From Nitrospinales bacterium (GTDB lineage: Bacteria > Nitrospinota > Nitrospinia > Nitrospinales > VA-1): a stretch of 64,000 nt of DNA. The stretch spans positions 2,400,001 through 2,464,000 of the forward strand of contig CBDCXL010000002.1 in assembly GCA_965223795.1 (NCBI GenBank), read 5' to 3'. Shown here piece after piece: positions 20,816 through 28,723 of this stretch; position 1 is the first letter of the stretch, and each line of letters opens with the position of its first letter. Below the pieces are notes generated by a model. That model had not been told where the DNA came from and did no database searches. It saw only the letters and a program-made list of their open reading frames with translations. Made by a program: the position numbers and the translations under genes.

Positions 20816-22802
20816 GATCGGGCTCACCGGGGTTTTGTTTTTGATGTTTGCTGTGACCGTGCTTGCGGGCTGCGGCCCGGATGCGGCGCAACCCACCCGA
20901 CCCAGTGAACCCCCCGTTCCTTCTGCAAACCGCATTTACAAATTCACCTCGGACACATCGCATTATTTTTCCACCTCGCACGAGGGAAAATTCGTCGCCA
21001 GCTCGAATTTAGTGAGCGAAGCCAATCTGAACGGCATTCCGTTTGCGTTTTCCGGCTGGCAGGGCGAAGCGATCGCTTCGGACGATCCCAACATTCTCTA
21101 CCTGCGCTACTACGAAAACGCGGCGAAGGATGCGGGGCTTTATTTCGTGGCGGTGCACGGCACCAACGAAAGCCAGTTCCACACGCCGGAGGTCTGCTAC
21201 ATCGGCGAAGGCTGGAAAATCGAGGAGCGGGATTTTGCCACGTTCTCCCTGCGCGGCGAGCGCTTCGAAACCCGCTACGCGCTGGCCCGCAAGGACGATC
21301 TCGAACATCTCATCCTGTACTGGTACGTGTGGCCGGATTCGACGCGCAACATCACCGACGGCATGACCATGCTGCGCGTGTCGGTGCTGGTCGAAGACAC
21401 TCTGGAACAAGCGGAGCAGGCGGCGCTCGATTTCATCCGCAACCTTTCCTACCTGGATCTCAATGCGGAGGCCGAGCCTGCGATGGAGGTGCCGACGCCG
21501 GTGCTGCCGCAGGTGGCGCGCGCGCAACCGAAGCGGAAAAGCGAATGGTCCCCGTTTAAAGAACAGGCGCTGGCCTGGCTCAAGTCGCAGACCGTGCCGA
21601 ATGATATTGTGTCTCAACCGGTTCAGGAGCGGCGGCACCTGCTGATCAGCTACCGCGTGCCGGAGGATTCCGCCGACTACCCCTACGTGTTCAGCAAGGC
21701 GTCTTTGTACGACAACGCGCTGGCGATCCTCGCGTTTACAATGACGGGCGAGCACGCGCTGGCCGAGCGCGTCATCGAGGCGGCGTCGCGGCTGCTTTCG
21801 CCGGACGGCGATCTGTGGTTCAGCTTCAACACGCACAACGCCTGGCCGAACCGGCGCGATCATTCCGGCGCCATCATCCGCAGCGGCGCGTCCGCCTGGC
21901 TTGGGTACGCGATCGTGCATCACCTGAAAACCCGGCTGGTGGACAATGCCGGATTTCTGAAACAGGATCAGAACGCGATGGTGCATCTGAAAACGGCGAT
22001 GAAAATCGCCGACCGGGTTCTCAGCCGGCAGGTGCTGGATACGGCCGACCCGCGCTATGGCATGATCACCGGCGGCGAGGGCAGCTACTCCTACCGCTGG
22101 AACGAGAAGGCACAGCGTGTGGAAGAATTTTTCAAGCCGGGGCCCGTCGCGTGGGCGAGCGTCGAGCACAACATCGACATCTTCTTTTTCCTGCGCGACC
22201 TGGGGCGGATTTCCGGAAACGAAAAATACCAAACCGCGGCAGAGCGGCTTGAGCGTGCGCTGGTCAAGACGGCCTGGAACCCTGAGATCGGTCAGCTCAA
22301 CCGCGGTCAGCGGCAGGACGGTCCCGACCCGGTTCTGGCGCTCGACTGCGCTTCCTGGGGAGCCATGTTCCTGGCGGCGGTGGGGGAGGATCAGAAAGCG
22401 GAAACTGCACTTGCATCGAGCCGGAAATTTTTCCTGCGCTCCGGAAACAAAAGCGGCCACAAGCCCTACCGCGATCTTTTGCTGTATGAGGATGCCGAGA
22501 TCAACGCGCTGTTTTTTCCCGATGAGCCTGCGAAAAACTGGGACGCCATGCCGCTGATCTGGCCTGAAGGCACGCTGGGTGTGGCGATGGCGCATCTCAA
22601 GCTCGGTCAAAAACCACAGGCGAAAGCGCTGATCGAAGCGATGCTCGACCTGCAGGATGACACGGGCGCTCTGCCTTACGCGACCGAAGATCTGCGCTAC
22701 CAGTTTTCCACCAACCCCTCCGTCGCGGGCACGGCCTGGCTGGTCATGACGGTCGCGGCGTACGAGCAGGAGCGGGTGCGGGATCTGTTCTGGGAACGCT
22801 GA
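20781..22802 (+). CDS. Putative lipoprotein: EpsI-like domain fused to six-hairpin glycosidase-like domain
   Basis: Lipobox LAGC; HTPEVCYIGEGW and LYWY EpsI motifs; Pro-rich linker; YDNALA, SVEHNID, WPEGT, SVAGTAW. Confidence 0.75.
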   Translation: MDSNRRNPNRLEIGLTGVLFLMFAVTVLAGCGPDAAQPTRPSEPPVPSANRIYKFTSDTSHYFSTSHEGKFVASSNLVSEANLNGIPFAFSGWQGEAIASDDPNILYLRYYENAAKDAGLYFVAVHGTNESQFHTPEVCYIGEGWKIEERDFATFSLRGERFETRYALARKDDLEHLILYWYVWPDSTRNITDGMTMLRVSVLVEDTLEQAEQAALDFIRNLSYLDLNAEAEPAMEVPTPVLPQVARAQPKRKSEWSPFKEQALAWLKSQTVPNDIVSQPVQERRHLLISYRVPEDSADYPYVFSKASLYDNALAILAFTMTGEHALAERVIEAASRLLSPDGDLWFSFNTHNAWPNRRDHSGAIIRSGASAWLGYAIVHHLKTRLVDNAGFLKQDQNAMVHLKTAMKIADRVLSRQVLDTADPRYGMITGGEGSYSYRWNEKAQRVEEFFKPGPVAWASVEHNIDIFFFLRDLGRISGNEKYQTAAERLERALVKTAWNPEIGQLNRGQRQDGPDPVLALDCASWGAMFLAAVGEDQKAETALASSRKFFLRSGNKSGHKPYRDLLLYEDAEINALFFPDEPAKNWDAMPLIWPEGTLGVAMAHLKLGQKPQAKALIEAMLDLQDDTGALPYATEDLRYQFSTNPSVAGTAWLVMTVAAYEQERVRDLFWER

Positions 22803-22805
22803 GTC

Positions 22806-24230
22806 TCAACCCTGCTTGAAATTCCTGCGGTCCATCCGGCCCCAGCCGCCTTTTTTTCCGCTCGCGTACTGGATGATTCCCACCAGCCGCCACCAGGTTG
22901 TGAGCGGTCGGTAGAAAAACACTTCGATGAGAGACAGGCTGATGAGGCTGACGATTTCGGAGAGTCCTGAGTAGCGTCGGAACGTCAGCTCTTCAAAGAT
23001 GATCGCACCGATCGAGAGCAGGATGTTCAGGGCGATGGTGGCGAGCAGGAACAGCACCGCGAGCGGCGGGTCCACCAGGTTGAAAAAGAGACTGAGCAGA
23101 AAAATAAAGAAGCCGGCAAATTCGATCAGCGGCCCGAACCCCTCCACGAACAGAAAAAACGGAAATCCCAAAAGTCCTACGGCGCCGTATTTTGGGTTGA
23201 GCAGCATTTTCCGGTTGCTCAACAGGCTTTCCAGCAGTCCGCGCTGCCAGCGGGTCCGCTGCTTGCTGAGGTCCGGCAGGTTTTCGGGGCTTTGCGTCCA
23301 GCAGACGGGATCGGGGATGAACACGATGTTGTAGGGCAGCTTTTTGTCCTGCAGATACATGTGCATGCGCACCACCAGTTCCATGTCCTCACCGATGGTG
23401 TTCACCCGGTATCCGCCGCATTGAATCACCGCGTCTTTTCTGAAAATGCCGAAGGCTCCGGAGATGATGATCAGGCTTTTGAACGCGGAGAACGCCATGC
23501 GGCCCGCCAGAAACGCGCGCAGGTATTCCATGATCTGAAATTTCGCCAGTATGTTTTTGGGAAGGCCGACTTCGATGACCCTGCCGTTTTTGATCTTGCA
23601 GCCGTTGGCGATGCGCACCGATCCGCCGGCGGCGACGGTGGTGTGGTCTTCGATGAAGGGACGCACGATTTTCAACAGCACGTCCGGCTCCAGGATCGAA
23701 TCGGCGTCGATCGAACAGATGAGCGGGTATTGCGAGGCGTTGATTCCCGCGTTCAGGGAATCCGCCTTGCCGCCGTTTTCCTTGTCGAGAACGATCAGGT
23801 TGGAATGGGTGTGCGATTCATAAATGCCGCGAATGTCCCGGCAGGGCAGCCGTTTGCGGAACACGTTTTTCGTTTTCTGCAACTGAAACGCATTTTTGAG
23901 TTCTTCCAGCGTGCCGTCCGTCGAGCCGTCGTTGATCAGAACGATTTCAAAGGCGCTGTAATGCAGCTGCAGAATGGATTTGATGCTTTCCACGATGGTT
24001 TTTTCTTCGTTGTACGCGGGAACCAGCAGGGAGATGGGCTTGGCGAAGGGAGAGTGGATGACGTTTTTCAATTCCAGCGATTGAATGTGGCGCAGGTATT
24101 TCTTCACCGCGGAATAGGAGATGAACAGCATCAGAATGTAGCTGGTATTGATGAATATAAAATAGAAGGTGATGAAGAGATTGTGCGCGTTGATCACCGG
24201 CAGCATTGAATTCAATACGGAGATTTCCAT
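22806..24230 (-). CDS. Processive GT2 glycosyltransferase (PgaC/IcaA/YaiP-like)
   Basis: PAYNEE, NDGSTD, NGGKAD, IDAD, GED, QRTRW; flanking TM helices. Confidence 0.93.
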   Translation of the reverse strand: MEISVLNSMLPVINAHNLFITFYFIFINTSYILMLFISYSAVKKYLRHIQSLELKNVIHSPFAKPISLLVPAYNEEKTIVESIKSILQLHYSAFEIVLINDGSTDGTLEELKNAFQLQKTKNVFRKRLPCRDIRGIYESHTHSNLIVLDKENGGKADSLNAGINASQYPLICSIDADSILEPDVLLKIVRPFIEDHTTVAAGGSVRIANGCKIKNGRVIEVGLPKNILAKFQIMEYLRAFLAGRMAFSAFKSLIIISGAFGIFRKDAVIQCGGYRVNTIGEDMELVVRMHMYLQDKKLPYNIVFIPDPVCWTQSPENLPDLSKQRTRWQRGLLESLLSNRKMLLNPKYGAVGLLGFPFFLFVEGFGPLIEFAGFFIFLLSLFFNLVDPPLAVLFLLATIALNILLSIGAIIFEELTFRRYSGLSEIVSLISLSLIEVFFYRPLTTWWRLVGIIQYASGKKGGWGRMDRRNFKQG

Positions 24231-24233
24231 CGT

Positions 24234-25397
24234 TCAGGCGGGCTTGGATAAAAATTGATCGATGATGTCTTTCGCGAACGGATCTTCGGTCTTCCCGTGC
24301 AGGTCGTTGAGACACTTCCGGCCGGCTTCCCCCATTTCGAACAGCGATGAAGCGGCGTAGTACCGGCACCACCAGTCCCTGTCTTCGATGAGACTGGCGA
24401 TCGGCTTGATGATGTTGGGATCTTTGAGCGAGCCGAGCGCCTTCACCGCCTGCGCGCGGATGATGGGGTTTTCATCCTTGAGGTTATCCTTGAGAACGGG
24501 GATCGCCTCCTCCACACCCAGATGGCCGAGTGCCTTGATGATGTGGATTTTCTCTTCCTTGTCCTGGGAGTGCTTGAGCAGGCTGATCAACAGGGTCGCG
24601 CCTTCTATGATTTTGAAGTAACCGATGAAGTCGATGATCTTGAGCCGGGCCCGCGACGGGTAGCTCAACAGGTTCAGTTCTTCCAGGGTGTCCCGGTTGA
24701 TCGGTTCGCCGTAGCCCACGATCACTTCAGAAAAAAGCTCTTCGGAAAGCGCTTCCATCTTTAAAAGAAAGACGATGACGTCTTTCAGGATTTTTTTATT
24801 GCCCAGGCGCATCAGGGCCGCGGCGGCGTTGAGCAGGACGGTGGTGTTCTTATCCTGGATCGCCTCCATCAGGTCTTCCGTGGCTTCGGCGGCCTTGGCG
24901 ATCCCCAGCCTGTGCGCCGCGATAGACCGCCGCCAATCCTGCGGGGCATGGAGAAGCAGGTGGCGTTCCCGGTCCAGCATGCCCATTTTTCTAAGAACAT
25001 CCACGAACTTGCTGAAATAGTCTCCCCTGGTGTCTCGCAGATAGGGCGAGATGAACTCCCAGAAATTCTCGTGATCGTCCGGCGTGACGATTTTTTGAAA
25101 TTCGGTGAAAGAGATTTCCTGTTCCATGAGCGGAAACAGGCGGTGTTCCCATTCTTTGAAACGCTGGTTCTTGCGTTTTTCCCGAATTCCGAACTTGATG
25201 TGCGTGAAGATGATGTAGATCAACAGGAACAGGGTGACGGCGATCAGCAGGAATACCGACAGGATGGCGAGCGCCAGCACCGGCTTTTCCAGAAACAGAC
25301 CCGGAAAGGGAACCAGGCCGAGGTCTTCAAGGAATTGCAGGAACGAAATTTCGATTCCGCTGTGGTCGAGCGCTGCCCAATCCCTGGGAAGAGTCAT
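24234..25397 (-). CDS. Membrane-anchored HEAT-repeat protein
   Basis: One TM followed by repeats such as IRAQAVKALG and WWCRYYAASSL; directly upstream of GT2. Confidence 0.88.
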   Translation of the reverse strand: MTLPRDWAALDHSGIEISFLQFLEDLGLVPFPGLFLEKPVLALAILSVFLLIAVTLFLLIYIIFTHIKFGIREKRKNQRFKEWEHRLFPLMEQEISFTEFQKIVTPDDHENFWEFISPYLRDTRGDYFSKFVDVLRKMGMLDRERHLLLHAPQDWRRSIAAHRLGIAKAAEATEDLMEAIQDKNTTVLLNAAAALMRLGNKKILKDVIVFLLKMEALSEELFSEVIVGYGEPINRDTLEELNLLSYPSRARLKIIDFIGYFKIIEGATLLISLLKHSQDKEEKIHIIKALGHLGVEEAIPVLKDNLKDENPIIRAQAVKALGSLKDPNIIKPIASLIEDRDWWCRYYAASSLFEMGEAGRKCLNDLHGKTEDPFAKDIIDQFLSKPA

Positions 25398-25431
25398 CGG
25401 TTTCCTTCCTTAGCGTGGGTTTCAGGTGTGA

Positions 25432-25914
25432 TCACAACAGATCGCTGAAATCCTCTTCACCCAGAGCGGAGCGTTTTCCTTTTGTGGGATAGACAAAACC
25501 TTTTACGGCGGCAGGCGGGGGGGTTTTGATGTTTTCTTTCTGCGCCATTCTGCGTTTGAGCACCTTGTTCACCCGCAGGATGAGTTCCTCGGGGCTGAAC
25601 GGTTTTTTGATGTAGTCGGTGGCGCCCAGTTCCAGCCCCTTCAAGACATCTTTTTCCTGCGATTTGGAGGACAGCATGATCACGGGGATTTGCTTCAGCT
25701 CCGGATCGCTTTTGATCTCCTGCAGGATCTGCAGTCCGTTCACGTAGGGGACCAGAACGTCGGAGATCACCAGGTCGGGGGATTCCTCGCGCACCAGGAC
25801 CTGCGCTTCCAACCCGTCCTCGGCACGGATGAGCTCGTGCCCTTCCTTGCTGAGCTTATAGTCGATCACGCTCCAGATATGATTTTCGTCTTCAATTACG
25901 AGGATTTTTGCCAT
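25432..25914 (-). CDS. Response regulator (receiver with short basic tail)
   Basis: ILVIEDE, DLVISDV, PVIMLSS, DYIKKPFS. Confidence 0.9.
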   Translation of the reverse strand: MAKILVIEDENHIWSVIDYKLSKEGHELIRAEDGLEAQVLVREESPDLVISDVLVPYVNGLQILQEIKSDPELKQIPVIMLSSKSQEKDVLKGLELGATDYIKKPFSPEELILRVNKVLKRRMAQKENIKTPPPAAVKGFVYPTKGKRSALGEEDFSDLL

Positions 25915-26104
25915 TTATTTTGCTCAGATGTTCCCGCGAGTGTTCCTGATCGCGTGACGATTTCGATTTTTAGTGAACATTTTTGCGGTTCCGACGCATC
26001 GGCCTCATTGCCGAAAAACGAAGCATATTATTGATTTTAAAGCATAAACACAAATTTTGAAACTTAAATTCCGACAAGGAGGAATATATGTGTAAATCTA
26101 ATGG

Positions 26105-28657
26105 TCAGGGCTCCGCGGGCACCAGCTCCCTTTCCGGTTCGGCATTGCGCCGGGGCTTGGAACCGGGTTTTGGCGTTTTCCCGCTTTCGGCGAAGATGCC
26201 TTTGTGTTCGAAGTCTTCAAAGACCTGTTCGTGAAGATGCCGCGGCACCGGGGTCTTGCTGAAGCGGATGCGCTTCATGATGTGGAAAATGCAAACGCCC
26301 AGAATTCCGGCCGGCGGGAGAAAGATCCAGCCGATGGGGTCGCCGAACACCAGCTTGGTCATGCCCACGATCAGCAGGATGCCCGCCAGCGAGGTGATCA
26401 AAGCGCAGGTCAGCCTTTTAACGGGAAACACGATGTGGTGCCGTTCGTGCTTGAAGAATTTCACTTCTTCGGGCCACCAGCCGAAGGGCAGGGCGCGGGC
26501 GTAAAAGCGGCGGCGCACCTCCGGCGGCTCGGGGTCGGTCCGGAGCGTGACAAGAATCCAGAACGGCAGCACGGTGAAAACGCTGATCACCAGGCGGAAG
26601 GATTCTTCTTCAAGGTACCAGCTGTCGCCGAGGAAATGATCGAACAGATAATGGTAGAGCTTGATCCCGTGGGTCAGCTCGACATCGAACAGCGTCTGCC
26701 GGGACCACAGCCAGGCGGCGGCCGCGTCGAGCGGGCCGAACCCGTGCAGGACGACGTACATGATCAGCGAACCGATCAGCGCGGTGAGGATCGAGTAGCT
26801 GTTGATGCGCCAGTGCCAGAACATCAGGACGGTGGGGATGCCCGCTCCCGCCAGCAGTTCGATGGCCAGCTCCCAGCCCGTCAGCAGGCTGTCCACATGC
26901 GTGACGTAATAGAGCAAGAGAAGGATCAGCCCGGCGATCGCCAGTTTTCCGACCAGGAACTCTTCCCAGGCGGACGGTTTTTTCCGGCGCACCGCCGACC
27001 ACAGCTCGACGATGTAGGAGCCGCCGTGGAACAGCTGGCTGGTCATGGTGGACAGGTACGCGCCGAACGCCACCGAAACGAAGGCGCCGCCGAAAAACCC
27101 GCCGCCCAGCAGCAGAAACCCGGTGATGGCCACGCCCGCCTCGCCGTTCAGGTGCACGCCGTACAAATAGATCGAGGGCACCAGAAACAGCGAGGCGACC
27201 CCCAGCACCGTCCAGGGATGGTGGCGCACCGCGAAGGAAAAGGTGGAATGGAACAGCCCGGCGCCCACTGCGTGGAATTCGTTCTTGCAGTCCTTGAGAC
27301 GCTGCGCGGCGTAGCCGCCGATGTACGAGCCGATCAATGGCTGCAGGCCGAGCAGGACCAGAAGCCCGACGACGGAGTAAAAGATCTCGTTGACGAACGG
27401 GTAGTGCAGCATGAGGCTGCCCATCGTGTCCGGGTGCGTCACGCGCTGGCCGGTGAGAAAGGCGCAGATTTCGGTCTTGTCGATCCTGTTGCGGTCGAGC
27501 AATCGGATGTAGTCGTCCAGTTCGCTGATGCGGCGCGGCGGAAACAGGTTTTCATCCAGCAGTCCCGCGGTTTGCAGCTGTTTCAGGGTTTCCGGGTTTT
27601 TGAAACGGTGCGCCTGCGGGATGAATTTCTGCCGCCACAGTATGTAGAACGGATCGCCGGTGTCGCCGTCCACGGCGTCGAGCACCGCCTGCCGGCTCAG
27701 TCCGGTGATGCCGGGCGCAAACAGATACTGGTTCGGCAGGTGCGCGGTTTCCAGCAGAATCTTTTCACGCAGCAGGGCATCGGGGCGCGATGCGTTGTGC
27801 GTGAAAAAGGATTTGTCCACCTTTACGAGAGAATTGCGCACGGTGCCGCTGGCGAGCGACGCCTCCCCCCTGGTCACGGTTCCCTTGACGCCGTTGTCGT
27901 CCCAGATGTGGACCATGGCGCCGAAGAACAGCGCCGCGGCCAGTACGATCTGGACGTTGTCCGCCAGCACCATGCCGCGGAATCCGGAAAACAGGCTGAA
28001 CACCATAACGGGAAACAGCATGATGAAAAACACGAACGGGCCCGGCGCGAAGGTGAGGACGGCGTCATCCGGATAAGCCTGACCGTGCGGCAGAAAATGC
28101 GGCAGGAAGTCCAGCCCGGAAAAGGTGAAGTACACGCCCGAAATGTTGAAGCCGAGCAGGAACACCATCACCATCGCCTTGGACACGGTGCCCATGACGG
28201 CGTTGTTGCGCACGAGGATCTCGATCAGGCTCTGCGTCACCATGAGGATCTTGGCGCGCCGGCCGGAAAAGCGCAGCAGCGGCAGCGCGGCGTCGGCGTA
28301 CAAGCGCAGCCGCACCCAGATCTCGGCGTAGAGAAAGGTGCCGAGCGAAAAGGCGATGAGACCGCTCTGCCAGAACCAGTTCCAGCCCACGCCGCCTTTG
28401 GAGCGGATGAAATCGCCCACGACGAACGGCGTGTCGCTGGCGAACATGGTGGCGATGATGCCGCCGCCGGCGACGAACCAGGTGAAGCGCTTGCCTTCTT
28501 CCGCGACCGAGTAGGTCTGCTTCTTGGTTTTCTCGTCGGTGCGCCAGCGGTAATAGGCGTAGCCCATCAGGAGAATCACAAAGCAGACGAAGGTCCACTG
28601 CCCGGCCGGGTTCAGGTAGACATCGCGCTCTGGAAGTGGGGCCTGAATCGGATTCAT
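26105..28657 (-). CDS. Sodium:solute symporter family protein with a large soluble insertion
   Basis: ATMFASDTP, GWNWFW, ADNVQ, GGYAAQRL, AYLSTMTSQL; 850 aa. Confidence 0.85.
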   Translation of the reverse strand: MNPIQAPLPERDVYLNPAGQWTFVCFVILLMGYAYYRWRTDEKTKKQTYSVAEEGKRFTWFVAGGGIIATMFASDTPFVVGDFIRSKGGVGWNWFWQSGLIAFSLGTFLYAEIWVRLRLYADAALPLLRFSGRRAKILMVTQSLIEILVRNNAVMGTVSKAMVMVFLLGFNISGVYFTFSGLDFLPHFLPHGQAYPDDAVLTFAPGPFVFFIMLFPVMVFSLFSGFRGMVLADNVQIVLAAALFFGAMVHIWDDNGVKGTVTRGEASLASGTVRNSLVKVDKSFFTHNASRPDALLREKILLETAHLPNQYLFAPGITGLSRQAVLDAVDGDTGDPFYILWRQKFIPQAHRFKNPETLKQLQTAGLLDENLFPPRRISELDDYIRLLDRNRIDKTEICAFLTGQRVTHPDTMGSLMLHYPFVNEIFYSVVGLLVLLGLQPLIGSYIGGYAAQRLKDCKNEFHAVGAGLFHSTFSFAVRHHPWTVLGVASLFLVPSIYLYGVHLNGEAGVAITGFLLLGGGFFGGAFVSVAFGAYLSTMTSQLFHGGSYIVELWSAVRRKKPSAWEEFLVGKLAIAGLILLLLYYVTHVDSLLTGWELAIELLAGAGIPTVLMFWHWRINSYSILTALIGSLIMYVVLHGFGPLDAAAAWLWSRQTLFDVELTHGIKLYHYLFDHFLGDSWYLEEESFRLVISVFTVLPFWILVTLRTDPEPPEVRRRFYARALPFGWWPEEVKFFKHERHHIVFPVKRLTCALITSLAGILLIVGMTKLVFGDPIGWIFLPPAGILGVCIFHIMKRIRFSKTPVPRHLHEQVFEDFEHKGIFAESGKTPKPGSKPRRNAEPERELVPAEP

Positions 28658-28723
28658 GCTGCCTCAACAGTAGGGTTGAATCGGGTGTCCGTTGCTTTGC
28701 ATGCACGGCATGGCGCGCGCGCT

